Below the pieces are notes generated by a model that did no database searches, had not been told where the DNA came from, and worked only from the letters and a program-made list of their open reading frames with translations. Positions 1-13,365 of a stretch of 64,000 nucleotides of DNA are shown here, one piece after another (positions within the stretch are counted from its first letter, which is position 1; each line of letters begins with the position of its first letter). This DNA comes from the human T2T-CHM13v2.0 reference genome, Homo sapiens: NCBI RefSeq assembly GCF_009914755.1, contig NC_060936.1. The stretch is one strand, 5' to 3'. Made by a program: the position numbers and the translations under genes.

Positions 1-377
1 ATATTTTTCTAATCTCTCCTTTCAATGATTAAAATTACCCATAGCTTCTAGAAATTAAGAAATCACGATTAGTTTTTAGGTAAATGTACTTTTTGTGCAA
101 ATGGATAAAGTGAGGAATGTGTAAACACACATGAAAAAAACACATAAAAGAAATATATTAAGACTTAGTGTTCCTCCTGTTGGGCCAGCACTGCCATTTG
201 TTGGGGAATTGTATTCTGATTTAAACCATTGCCATTTACATCTATGTGTAACATCAAAAGATGTAGCATCATTATTATTCTAAATACATACAATAATTAA
301 TATTTGGATAAAGCTACCTTCATGAAACCTAAGAAAAACTAAATTAAAAAGAAAGAAAGAAAGAAAAATACACTTAG

Positions 378-625
378 ATAGAAGAAATAAGGTCTAGTGA
401 TTGGTAGCACAATAGAGTGACTATAGTTAACAATAATTTATTGTACATTTCAAAATAGCTAGAAAAGAAGATTTGGAATGTTCCTAACAGGAAGAAATGA
501 TATTCTTCCTAAATGAAGAATGGGATATTCCACTTTCCCAGATTTGATCGTTACACAGCATATGTTTGTATAATACCACATGCACCCCATAAATACATAC
601 AACTATTGTGTATCCCAATATTAAA
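378..625 (+). mobile_element. Old L1 (L1MA-like) 3' end fragment
   Basis: Resembles the L1MA 3' UTR (gtgactatagttaacaataatttattgtacatttcaaaatagctagaa...caccccataaatacatacaactat); boundaries approximate. Confidence 0.7.
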
Positions 626-694
626 GATTTTTTTGAAAAATTTATTCCTCAAGAAAAGGATCATGAGTTTAAGAAAAAACAGATTACTAGTCTA

Positions 695-890
695 CCAGTG
701 TCCAGTAGACCTTTCTGTGTTAATAAAAGTGTTCTGTATCTACACTATCTAATATAGTAACTATGAACCATATGTTGCCATTGATTATTTGAAGTATATC
801 TGGCAAAGAGATGAATTGACTTTTTTATTTTAATTAATTTACATTGAAATAGCCACATGTGCCTAGCAGCTACTAGATTGGATAGTGCAA
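695..890. mobile_element. MER3-like hAT-Charlie non-autonomous DNA transposon
   Basis: gtccagtagacctttctg...gttctgtatctacactatctaatatag...tagccacatgtgcctagcagctactagattggatagtgca follows the MER3 layout, with degenerate terminal inverted repeats. Confidence 0.65.
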
Positions 891-1024
891 GTTTATAGAG
901 AACACAAGGGGTACATTTGTAGATAGGAGTGGGATGTCAAAATGATGAGGATAATTAGAAAGCATACATGAGAAATATTGTTTTAAGAGTAGAATATGAA
1001 ATGGGAACACAGATTAAAATAGAG

Positions 1025-1115
1025 TATGTATATATATACATATATATGTGTATATATATACATATGTATGTGTATATATATACATATATATGTGTGTGTG
1101 TATATATATATATTT
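1025..1115. repeat. (TA)n/(TG)n compound microsatellite
   Basis: Seen directly. Confidence 0.95.
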
Positions 1116-1713
1116 ATAGGCCAATATATGGAGGTAGGGTATATCCTAGTGTTAAGTGAGTAAAGAATGGATTAGGTGATCGAGCCACATGAGAAGGTGA
1201 TATTATTAGAAAATTGAAAGTTGTATTTGAGATGATGAAAATGATATATTTGAATTGAAAAGTAAACTGTAGTAAAATAATTCAAATAAATGAATATTTG
1301 GGGAACTACTTAAGAGAAAAATCATAAAACATGAGGAGTCATTCTTTCCCCAGTCCGCCATGATCAGGCCTTAGGATTTAATTGGCAATGAGAAAATACC
1401 TATGAAAATGCTTTTTAAACTATCACATGAAAAAGCAATTTATTATTTTTCATGCCTTCTTAATAACTCTCAATAGAGATTTAGTTGATTTGCATTTTTG
1501 CCTGGTTCAATCAAGAAATTATCGCGTGACATCAGGCAAGTTGCCAAATTTCTTTGGACTATACCTATAAAATAAAATTTGAAAATATTAGCTAGATCTA
1601 ACCCATTTGTCTCCGGATGTCTGCAAAGTGGTTGGAAATCACAAGCCTAACCTGATCTGCAGAGGTGTTACCTTTGGCAAACTTATGGTTTTTGTGTTTG
1701 TTTTGAAATCTAA

Positions 1714-2008
1714 GGCCAAGCGCGGTGGCTCATGCCGGTAATCTCAACACTTTGGGAGGCTGAGGCGGGTGGATCACTTGAGGTCAGGAGTTCGAGACCA
1801 GCCTGGCCAACATGGCAAAACCCCGTCTCTACTAAAAATACAGAAATTAGCCCGGTGTAGTGGCATACGTCTGTAATCCCAGCTATTTGGGAGGCTGAGG
1901 CAGGAGAATCGCCTGAACCTGGGAGGCTGAGGCTGCTGCAGTGAGCGCCACTGCACTCCAGCCTGGGCGACAAAGCCAAACACTGTCTCAGAAAAAAAAA
2001 AAAAAAAA
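1714..2008 (+). mobile_element. AluS (Sx/Sz-like) followed by GA-rich tail extension
   Basis: ggccaagcgcggtggctc..., both arms, A-rich linker, poly-A; aatctaa present on both flanks. Confidence 0.95.
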
Positions 2009-3204
2009 GGAAAAGAGGGAGAGGGGAGGGAGAGGGAGAGGGAATCTAAGCCAACACTGTGAAATATTGTGAAATATGGAGCTTCTACCTAAAAATTCAA
2101 AATTTTAAATTCCTTTTAAAAATAATTGGAATATCTATGGAATATCTAGCAATACTAAGATGAAATTCCTCTGGGTTTTCAGTCACCTGTAATTGACACC
2201 TTTAGATGTTGGCATGGGCTCTCAGGAAGCCACAGCCTCCACCAATGCTTTTCTTCCTGACACTGAAGCTAAATTTGGGTGGCTAGTTTTCATTGTGCTG
2301 TTGCTTTCCTCATGGGAAAGAAATACCCTTTGCTATTTATATTGCTGTCAAATGGGAAAATGAAAGACAGCCAAGGAAGATCATGTGACTATTTAAATAC
2401 TTCAAGTCCATTTATTCTTTATTAGCCTTGTCCTGTTAGGCATTTAAATTTTTGATCCCTGCAATAGATGTTTTTTGATTAACTGTATATTAAAAACTAT
2501 ATTTAACCTGTTTTGAATTTGAATTCTAAATTGTATTTTTTCATGAGAGCAAGTGTCATTTTTGATTCATTGTGGATTGTTTAACATGTTGCCTAACAAA
2601 TAGCTAATACTAACGTCATAACTTTTTAATTAATAAATTTGAATGGATAAATGGCCACTTATTGGCTTATAGAATAAATAAAAACATTTTTATTCAGTCA
2701 AGTGTTTCATATTTTTTATCATCTCCAGGACATTGGGCTTGCTCAAAACCATTGTTAAAAAAAAAATGGCAAATAATCCAGTTCCATCATGATATCATTA
2801 ATCCCACACCTAAGCTACTGAAAAAAATATATTAATATTCTGGCTCATTGCTTTATTTTTATGGTAACACCCACCTGGTATTAATAACCACAGAGTACGA
2901 AAGAAGGCAAAGGTTAAAGCAAATAATAGTTTTGAAAAATTGGTAGTGAAAAAAGTCATGCTATACGGTATGTATATAATAGATATTTAATGATTATGCT
3001 TGCTACTAGTATATGTAACAGGACTATTATAGATTAACAAAAATGCGGTGAGTATATTTCTTGATTATTTTTTAAAAGAATAAATTATTATTTAAAAATA
3101 CATGAATTATTTATTGATTCTTGAATCTTTACCAGCTTTCTATAATTCTAGGAAGCCTAGAAGCAGAATTGGGCAGGATAAACTGGCAAAAAATGTAAAA
3201 AGTA

Positions 3205-3298
3205 GGCCGGGCACGGTGGGCTACAGTGAGTCGTGAATGCGCAGTGCACCTGAGTGATAGATCAAGATCCTGTCTCAAAAAAAAAAAAAAAAAAAAAA
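3205..3298 (+). mobile_element. Internally deleted Alu (5' 16 nt joined to 3' end) with poly-A
   Basis: ggccgggcacggtgg directly joined to gctacagtgag...cctgtctc-A22. Confidence 0.8.
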
Positions 3299-4719
3299 GA
3301 AAGAAAGAAAGAAAAACAACAACAAAAACAAAAGCAAAGTACTAGGGAAAACTAATAGACATAGTTACATAGTTAATTGTGCCATATGTTTTAAGGCAAT
3401 GAAACTTTTATCTTAATATTCCTTGCTTACTTTTTATTCAAAAACCAAACTGTGTATAAAACCTTAAAATTATTAGGATCTAAAAAATAAAATCTTTCCT
3501 TAAAAATCTAAAATTGAGATGTAAATTATTCAAGAGTGCTTTTTAAAACAGTTTTCTTATAAAGGCTATTAGGATTCTACCACTTAGCCACTTTATTATT
3601 TAGCCACTATATTACTAAGTTTACATATTTTTAAAGGTAGTGAAAATATAGGGAAGACAAAGCTCAGGTTAAAAGAGTTTCTGGCAAATAAAATATATCC
3701 TGATGGTTAGACTACTTTGCTTTATGTTTTCTGAAAGAAAAGCAGTAAAAAACAGTTCAGGTAGTTTTGTGTCAATTAATCTAGAACTATACCAAAAGTA
3801 GACATAGAAAACGAGAGATTGTTTTTCAGCTTTGGATCTGCTTATGGCAATAAGCAGACTTGTACTATTCAACAACATTATGCATTCTTCAACTTTTCCC
3901 AGAATAAGGGAGCTTCCCAAATGCAATGGTGCACATAACTCATTTTCTGGCATTTTGCAGCCCAGCATGAAGAAGAAAAACAGAGCTAGGAGTTTTCTGG
4001 AAGTCAAGTCAAAAACACCCTGCAAATTCCTATGGCAGTCCTCCTTTCCATAAGCTGCATAGCCAAAAATGTTTGCCAGACACTTTTATCACTGGGTGTT
4101 TCAGTGTTTTCATTGTTTAAGCGTTTTGCTGACTTGTGATAATTAAAATTATTAATAATCATTAAAGAAAGAAAAAGTAGAAGTAAATAATGTTAATTAT
4201 CTGTGGTTATCAGTAGAGGTCTGTATGTTACCCCAGCTTTATTTGACATTGTTTGTGATCAGTAAATCACAGAATAAAATTCTGACATCTAAACCTTGGC
4301 TAGAGGTCTCTATAATTTTATGGAGTCTGTTTCCTACAATCTGTATGAAAGATACTTCAATATTTTAAGTTTACATGCACCCATCTTTTTTAGAGTATAA
4401 TTTTATAACTATTTGGTTTATGTTGCTTATGATTTACATCTTAGAGTCTTTTAATTCTGTCTTTTGCTTAAAGGAATATTATGGATCAAATGACCTATAT
4501 TTTAAGAATACCTTATGGTTTATATATTAAGAAACATTTATATAAAATTCTAAAGTAACTTGCTTGTACTATTTCAATTGAATAACTTAATGTATTTCAT
4601 TCTATTCTTCTCATAGTAGATAATAAAAAGTACATCATGATTATTGTATTCATTTATACTTGTGGAATTAATTGAAAATAGTTTTTATAGTTAAAGTCTT
4701 TCTTTTTATTGTTTTACAG

Positions 4720-4743
4720 GCTGAAGAAAAGGCTCATTCAGAG
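4720..4743 (+). CDS. NAV3: NAV3 coding exon, 24 nt (AEEKAHSE), phase 0/0
   Basis: Pyrimidine tract + ttttacag acceptor, GAG|gtaaaa donor; peptide matches NAV3 as recalled and is in frame with the next exon. Confidence 0.9.
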
Positions 4744-7190
4744 GTAAAAAAAAATATGCAATATTTTAATATTTTCTATTTTAGTTTGCATTCATGATGA
4801 AATTAGTCTTGTGACCACTAGAGGGCTCTGTGATACAATAGCAGAACTCCACAGGACTGCTGAAGTAAGGCAGCTAATTGATAAATGGTCTTTGATATTG
4901 CCTCTTAAAAATAAAATGAAAGGAAGTTTGTATAGCAAGCTGTCCTTTCACATTCTAGATTGAGTCTTAGCTCAACACCTAATAAGTTTTCTATAATAGT
5001 AAGCACTCATTAAGTCATTGATAAATGAAGGTCTATGGTCTTCCTATTTTATTACAGTCTTTTTCCCACTCCCTGTAAGACCATCTACACAGGATAATGG
5101 TTGAAACTTGGGCACCAAGCCTCCACAACACAGGATACTAGCATCTCAGACTATCTGTTTTGTGTCATTATCTTGTTGCCTCTAACTGCCATTTTATGTG
5201 TGGTGTGTCACCTATTGTTCTAATCACATATTTCACAAATACATATTTGGTTGCACTCGTGAGCAAATCAAACTGCATTCAGGAAAGAATACTATTTTAA
5301 TTTCCCTTGGTAAAACATTTGTCCTGGTCAAAGAGAGCAGGAGGACTTTAATTATGACTTTATTCAAGGTGAGGTAATGGCTGTTTGATTGGTTTACACT
5401 GAGGCAATCAGACAACAGAGAAAAAAAATGCCTTAACAACAGCTTTTGCAAAAGTATTCCTTTCCTTTGAAGTCTTATTTTATTAGCCTTTAAAAATAAA
5501 ATTTGTGCTATGTTTAAAAATATTTGAAAATTATTGATTAAACCAATTTGTCTTTATAATCTCTGAACCAAAGAGTGGATATGATTTTTAAAAATCAAAG
5601 TGGTTTTATTTACATCACATGGACATGACAAAGCTTCTAACACTGATCATAGTATAGCTACTGAAGCATCGAAATGCTACATCTATTTGCCTTAGTAGTA
5701 GTTATTCAACTCCCCTTTTATCATTGATGCTGTATCATGAGTTATGGTTTAAAAAAACAATTTCAATCACTTTACAGTTTCCTGGATTATATTTTAAAGA
5801 TACTGGAATCATGTAATAGAGACTATTTAATTTGAGAAATGCTCTTTGAGTTTGGATTCATTTATGAATAAAATAGACGCTGTATTTTCTGAAATCATTC
5901 ATAGTCATTATCTTATAAATGTAAAGCAAATGTTATTTTAGACTGGGGTGTATCTGTTCCGGAAAAAAAAAAAAACAGGAACGAAGTAGAATCACATTTG
6001 GTGAAATTATATAAGTGTCTACTGTTTCCAGCTTAGAGTTCTCTACTTTGTTAGAGTGTTTGAGTTGACCACCATTTATTTTCAACAAAATCTAATGCCC
6101 GGGGCAAAAACTAGACAGTTAATAAACTATGTCAAGAATTCTCTTTCAAACTGAGACAGCATTCCAAAAGTTCAACTACAACTATAGATAAGATTTGTTT
6201 TTGAAGAAATGAGAAGCATCAAAAGTAGAATGTTTAACATCCAAGTAACTGAAATCCCTTGAGACTAGATATATACTTATAGAACCTAGTGTCAGATTGT
6301 TATAAATGTTCTATCCTTATTAGTCACAACATGAGACTTGCAGAACAAACTGCAGAAAGTGCTTGAATTAAAACTTTAAACATGATATAATATATCCTTA
6401 CCCTTTTCTGTTTCAGTTTTATTGGAGTGTGAACTTAACTAAAAAGAAAGATACCTTAGAATATACATTATATTGGTTTATCTAATTAGTTGCACCTATC
6501 ATTGGTTTTTTCCCCTGATTTTTAAGATGTGGATAAGCTATAAAGCATCTCTGAGCTAATAATAACTCACTAAATAAAGGTCTTGATAATACAGATTTGG
6601 GAAGGCTTCTCTGCAGTCATTGAAACTCCAGCCAATAACAATTTAAATGTGAACTGATTAAATGTTGAATTAAGCCCAAGTTTTAGTGATTGCAGGATAT
6701 TCCATAGCCTTTGAGAAGTTTTCAAACTATGAGAAATTAAAATGTACAGAGGAAAAAAAAACCTAAGATTTTCTGAAAAAGAACATGGAGTATCTTTTAC
6801 TAAAAAAGAACAAGAAAAATATGTGTGTATATACAGTTTTTATAAAGAAAATATTTTTCTACAGTTTTATTACCACAGTTTTTCTAGAAGGAGAAGAATC
6901 AATACAGAGGGTAAACTGCTCTTGAGTCATTTGCCATTTGAGGGATGGCAAATGGAGCAAGTGAGCGTACTTTGATTTGTAGATTAGAGTTTGACACATA
7001 ACACTTTGCTTTTGAATGACATTTGCTTGTTACTGTGGAGTCAGTGTTCATATCCTTTATTTTCAGGAGTTGCTGCTGATACAATGGGGTTAGAATGAGC
7101 TAAATACAGCATTTGCTTTCTTGGTTTGAATTCTGGGTTTTAAGTAAAAATCTACTTGCCTATTCCATTGATTTTTTTAATTGCATTCAG

Positions 7191-7268
7191 CAAATCCATA
7201 AACTGCGGAGAGAGCTGGTTGCATCACAAGAAAAAGTTGCTACCCTCACATCTCAGCTTTCAGCAAAT
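7191..7268 (+). CDS. NAV3: NAV3 coding exon, 78 nt (QIHKLRRELVASQEKVATLTSQLSAN), coiled coil
   Basis: ttcag acceptor, AAT|gtaagt donor; conserved Navigator coiled-coil sequence. Confidence 0.97.
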
Positions 7269-7849
7269 GTAAGTCACTTCATTTTTAAAATATATTACAA
7301 CAAATTTTTATAGAGGAAAATGAAATCATTTTAGTAACAAACTTACAAATTTTCAGTGCCTGATACAGACTTAGATTACCAACTAGCAGGACTCATAAAA
7401 AGTTAACATTTTTTGCCTACTCAGTAATAAAATGTAAATCCAAACTGATGAGAGGCAGCAATATGGTTAAAATGGCTTGTTGTTTCTAATAAGATTGGAA
7501 ACAATAGTAACAGCCATATGGGTTACTTCTTTTCTTGTTTGCTATTTTTATTACTCCTCTTGCATAAGATTCTCTGACAATGTAAGAGGGGTTGTTAGTG
7601 TTTGACTTTGGAAGATAAAATATTCCTGTGCCCAGCCTCCTTCATCTCAATGTATTGAACAATTTGTTAAGCATCCAGTTAATTCTAAAATATGAAATTA
7701 GGTCTAAATAGGGATAGCTTAGCTGCACTGTGGATGAGATATGGTTTGCTCAAAAAACCTTGGCAGCCTTCTCATAGCAATTTAAAAGGGTACACTTTTA
7801 CTGGCACCAGAGCAGCCCAGGATGGCAGAAATGATGACAATGAAGACCG

Positions 7850-7960
7850 TCAATTAAATTAACATTTACTGAATATCTTCCACTGTGTCAGGGAGCACTC
7901 AGAGTAGATGCAGAATGATAAAGGAGAAATGTGGCACTGTTCCCAGTCCTGAGGAGCAAT
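7850..7960 (-). mobile_element. L2 3' fragment (degenerate)
   Basis: aacatttactgaatatcttccactgtgtcaggg...cccagtcctgaggagc resembles the antisense L2 3' end. Confidence 0.45.
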
Positions 7961-8977
7961 GGTGTTAAGAACAGCAGTGAGGGGTAAGGAAATGCCTGCT
8001 ATTTTGCCATATGTCTTACCTCTCTCACTCAACAGTCCTTTGCTCAGTTCTGCTGCATAGCTTTGGGCCTGCTCTGTGCCTCCCCACCCCTCCCACTGCT
8101 CCTCTACTGAGTTTTTCTATCTCCTAGACAAAGCATGATATGTCAAGAGTGAGCAGGTGCAGACCCACAGTGTAAGACTTGAATAAGAGCCATTTTTAAA
8201 TTTTTTTTAAGCTATCATTGTGCAATATAAATTCTAAGTATGTGTATCATTTCATTCACAATGTATTCATTTTAGCACTGTATTTGAATTGATTTTATTT
8301 TCTGAAATTTGGGAGAATTAATTTTGGATTTATTCTATTTATTTTTAATAGATGGTGTTAGGAGATTCCTGAAAATAATAGCAGTTTTTAGATAATTGTT
8401 TAAGCAATATGAGAAAATAAGGGTATTATTTAACCTTGTTGTGTTTTTAAAGAGATAGTCCAGAGGCAACCGTAAATTTTATAATATAGGCTACATGTAT
8501 AGAAGTATGAAATATTGTTGTCTAGGTTCCTGAATTTGTACCCAGAGGAAGTAGAATAATGTAAATGTCAGAACCTCCTGGGTTGTGTTTATCTGCAATA
8601 AGAAAGGCTCAATGGCAAACCTTATTTATTAGATTGTCAGGATACTTGCAGATGTCTTGAATGATTACTCAGGGTTTCATTTTATTTTTAATGTCCCTTG
8701 GTTGAGCTCATCATATAATTCAGATATTGGAATAATAAATGGCTGCTAGACATAGTGGAAGATGGGCTGATACTTTCCATTTGAAATGTAATGATGCTTA
8801 TTGTCTTCAAAAGAAAAAACTAAAATGGTATTTCACATTTTTTTGTTTTTGTTTTTGTTTTTTTTTCTCTGAGAATCTCATTCTTACTCATGATTATTGG
8901 TTTCTTGTGTACCATTTCAACATTTTTCTATTATATGCTAATGTGTATATATACTTAATACACACGTGCAAAAGCTT

Positions 8978-8978
<1 letters not shown>

Positions 8979-9027
<49 letters not shown>

Positions 9028-9032
9028 ACACA
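8979..9032. repeat. (CA)n microsatellite
   Basis: Seen directly. Confidence 0.97.
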
Positions 9033-9664
9033 TACGGAACCAAATTCTAACATAGGGGAATAATCTTCGGAGTGAACTCTGTGCTGCTGTTTGAAAATGG
9101 AGATATAATTTTAGAAAGGTTCCTGCAGTTGGCTACCCACCTCGTCTGCTCTAATTATGCTTGTCACACTATTTTCACTGATGTGTTTTCATGACTTTAG
9201 GGCATGAATTCTCAGCTGGGTGTTAATATGACCAACAAAGGGTGAAAACAGGTTCTTGCATTTTTTTAAGTACTCTTTTTATGTGAAAAGCACAGATATG
9301 CAGATAATACATAACTGAACATCCAGCATATCTGTGGCTTTAAAATATCACGAAGAAGAGCACAATTAGGGAAAAGAAAACATCTATAGTGTTTCCCTAG
9401 GGGAACAATCATTTAAAAAAAAATAAAAATAAGGAACACAGACTAGAAGCAGCAGTGCCAAATAGATAATTCATGCTAGTCTTTGTGTTAATTTAAAAAG
9501 TGCTAGTCTTGGAGACAAACGCCCAAATTGCTCTAGGTTCCACTCAGCTGTATGTGTTATCATTAGTATTAACTTTTGCACGCTGATGGGAGACTGATAT
9601 ATATCCTGTTTTATGTTCCTTTAAACAATTTATAATGTAATTTAGAAACCTTCTCAAATCACAT

Positions 9665-10240
9665 TAGATCCACACAAAAACCTGTACATAGCAGCTTTAT
9701 TTTTTAATAGCCAAAGAAAGGAAACAACCAAAAATATCCCTTAATAGGCCAGTTAATAAACAAATTCTGATACATCTATATCATGGACTACTACTCAGCA
9801 ATATAAAGAAATGACTATTGATACGTGCATCAACTTGGGTGGATCCCAGGGGTATTATGCTGAGTGAAAAAAGACAGTTATAGAAGGTCAAATTTTGTAT
9901 AATTCCATTTATATAACATTCCAGAAATGGCAAAATTAAAGAAACAGAGAACAGATTAGTGATTGCTAAGGGCTAAGGATGAAGGAGAGAGAGAGGTAGT
10001 GTGACTATAGGAAGAGGGAGATCTTTAGTTTTGTATTTTGAATGAGATGGCCATCACATGAATCCACATATGTCAATCTATTAATGTAAATCAATATTGT
10101 ATTCCTGGCTTTGATATATAATATAATTTTATAAGATATATAATCATTGGGGGAAACTGGATGAAGGATACAAGGGACCTCCCTGTACTATCTTTGCAAC
10201 TTCTTGTGTATATAATTATAAAATATATAATGTATTAAAA
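9665..10240 (+). mobile_element. Old L1M (MB/MC/MD-like) 3' fragment
   Basis: cacacaaaaacctgtacatagcagcttta..., tatgctgagtgaaaaaagacag, attccatttatataacattc, ggggaaactggatgaagg...gtactatctttgcaactt. Confidence 0.8.
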
Positions 10241-12339
10241 TGTATAAAATAATATTTTAAGTATCAGATACTGATCTTTACTCAGTATATGAAGTGTTCT
10301 ATCATAACGTAACATGCTTTTCCTTTATTTGTGGTATTTTAGTTTCAAACTAAAATATAAATCACCTAAAGATCTACGACAGTTCTTTTGAAAAAAAATC
10401 TTGCTTTTAATTTCCCAGGAGTTTCAACCTTAATCCTCTCTTTAGTGTTTCTTTATTTGGTAGTGATAGGGACTATCAAAGCTTCTTACCATCAAATACA
10501 TTTACTGACTAAAAATAGAAAAATAATTTACATTGTAAAAATGTACAAATTGAATGACAGTCAAAAGGTACAGGTAATGAAGATATGCATTAACATCTAC
10601 TTTTAAAAAAAAGTTTATTAAAATTCTCTTTTAGACTAATGCAGTATCTGGGAATTTATATAAATAGATATGTATATAAATGACTATTAAACAATTTTAA
10701 TGTCAGTTATATTTTAAACATTTTAATAATATTGTTATAACTATGGGGGTAAAATTTTGTATATATCTGAACATTTTTGTTCTTAAGGAAATAATCATTT
10801 TTACATATCCAGGAATTTGAATTACTCTCAAGTCACCTATTAATTACAAGTCATTTTGAACTCATTCATTTTCTTTGTGTTTGCTTTATAATGTCATTTT
10901 AGATTTCATGCATCATAATCAGCCATCAAATAATTTAGTTAATACTTGATTTTTCCTCAGTTGTAAGAAGTGCTGTGTTTAAATTTCATTCAGAATGTTT
11001 CATTTCATCTGAATTAATATCTGTTAATGTATGTAATATACACATATTTTTAACATGCATGTACTTAAATTGATTATAGGGACTTGGTAAAATTACTTAT
11101 TTATAGGATATTTTAAATATAATCAAGGATTTTTTAAATCTACAGTTCCCATTTGAAAGTAAAAGTAAGTCTTTGTTTACTAGTTTGTTCACAGTACAAG
11201 TAAACTTTCTACCTTTTGGTTAAATGTGAGTGCAGCCCCCACAGTGAGAAATTGTTATATTAGAACTCTAATAGCTATAATTTATAGGGATGAATTTCAA
11301 TGAGTTTGGTTCTAAGAAATAATCTGTTGGTTTTAACAACATTTTTAAGTATCAGATATTCATCTTTACTCAGTATGTGACATGTACTCTCATAGCTTAC
11401 GTGCTTTTCCTTTATTTGGGGTGTTTTTTATATATTAATTGGTATATCGCATATTTAAACTTGGCATAATTACATTTATATGGACTCTAAACAATAACTT
11501 GTATTTTAATTTTTAAATTTGAAATGCATCTATGTCTCTGTTAAAATGCATTTCTTTCCCTTTGCCCAAATGGGGTATGGTAAGTCAAGAGAGTCTCTAG
11601 TTAGCTCACCTCTCATTTGACTGGCAGAGTAAAGCCCTTGTTCAGTAGAATGTGTGTTAAGCCTTCCCTCCCTTTTGTAAAGTTGTTCTGAACAGAGCTG
11701 CATAAAACCACAGGTAAAGTGTTAAGCTGATTCTACTAGCATGTCCTTAGAAAGGAGAGCGGTTATATTGGCAGGTCCTATTGCCTGGCGTTTCTGATCA
11801 ATAACTCACCAACAAACAGAAAACAGAAGCCGCACAAGGAAAGGCAGAACTAAATAAATGGTAATAGCAAACAATAAGCCAGATAGCCTCTGGCCTCTCG
11901 CCCACACCTTAAGGCAGCTGGGTCAGGTGGGATGCTTTTGTTTGTCTTTTAACGTATTTTCTTTACAAATCTCAGCCATTACATAATTTGGAAATGGACA
12001 CAAGGCTAGTTATTACTAACATTTTTAAAGACATTACTGAATGAATGTGTAAGAAAACAAAAGGTCCTTTTTGCCTTTCAGCAGATAAGTCTTTTAACCA
12101 AAAATCTCTTGGGTATTTTGAGATTGTGTTCTACTTCTTTGCTTATTTAATATTTTCATAAAATTTGCTAGTTACTCTTGCTTTTTTGCATCTCTTCTAA
12201 GAGAAAACAATTGGTGCATATTATTAATGAGAAACACTTCAGTGTTTGGACAATTTTTTGTAGTGGAAAAGAAATGTGAAACTTTATGTTGCAGAATCAT
12301 TCTTGGTTCAACTAACTACTAATTTTAAAACATAAAGTC

Positions 12340-12740
12340 TTAAATATATATAAAGTTTATATGGGTAAATATATATTACATATAATATATGTTTTATATT
12401 TATACATAATATACTATATATTTATACATGATATACTAAATATTTTCCCATATAAATAATAAAATGCTCTAGGCATATATGTGTGTGTGTGTATATATGT
12501 ATATATATATATACCTTCATAACATACATATATAAAATACTATATTATATATACTCTAGGTATACATATATGCCTATATATGCACCTATATATTTATATA
12601 TTACTATATAATATATAGTATATATTACTATATATACTACTATATATTACTATATAATATATAGTATATATATAGTATATATTATATAGTAATATATTAC
12701 TATATAATATATAAATATATGTGTGTATATATATATATGC
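12340..12740. repeat. TA-rich low-complexity tandem/inverted array
   Basis: Repeated tattactatataatatatag units and (TA)n. Confidence 0.9.
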
Positions 12741-13365
12741 CTAGAGTGTTTTTAATTTGTCAGTGGGCTGTCTCTGTAATCTATATGAAGAAATAAAATG
12801 TAGACGTTATGTATAATGATATTTCATCTTGTTGTGTGGCATCATAGTAATTCTCTTTACATATCTATTCAGATTACTTTTGCACCAGCCTAATACATTG
12901 TATGATTCCAAAACCAAAGAGAGTATGGATTGAAATGATATTCCCTTTACTAATACTCAGTCTTGTCTATTTTATTACCTTTATAGACTTCACCTAACAC
13001 AAGTCAGGGGATATTTATCATCATATTAATACAATTTTACTCTGACCTTAAAATTATGCAACTGCTAAAGGAAAAATCAGAACCAAATAAACTGTCATTA
13101 ACAACCCCCCTGAAAATCCATATTTTTTAAAAGTCATTTTATCAAGTCTCTCAGACAAGATGTGATACCCTATAAGTTTAATCAGTTTTACTTTCCATTT
13201 TCTCTTCATTAAGGTGATAAAGATTATCATTAGTAGAAAAATTTTCCCTTATTTGCCTCCTTTTCCATTTACCCTATTGAGTGAGAAATTTAGCCTCTCA
13301 TAACTTCTAAAGTAGCAATGTTAATCTGATAAACTAAACCAAGGTGAGATAAATTTAAGACAATA

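Noticed and set aside
1710-1983. Minus-strand ORFs of 89 and 69 aa (also 17617..17865, 21764..22021, 50679..50894)
   Set aside because: Translations of Alu sequence ([14 protein letters not shown] signatures), not genes.
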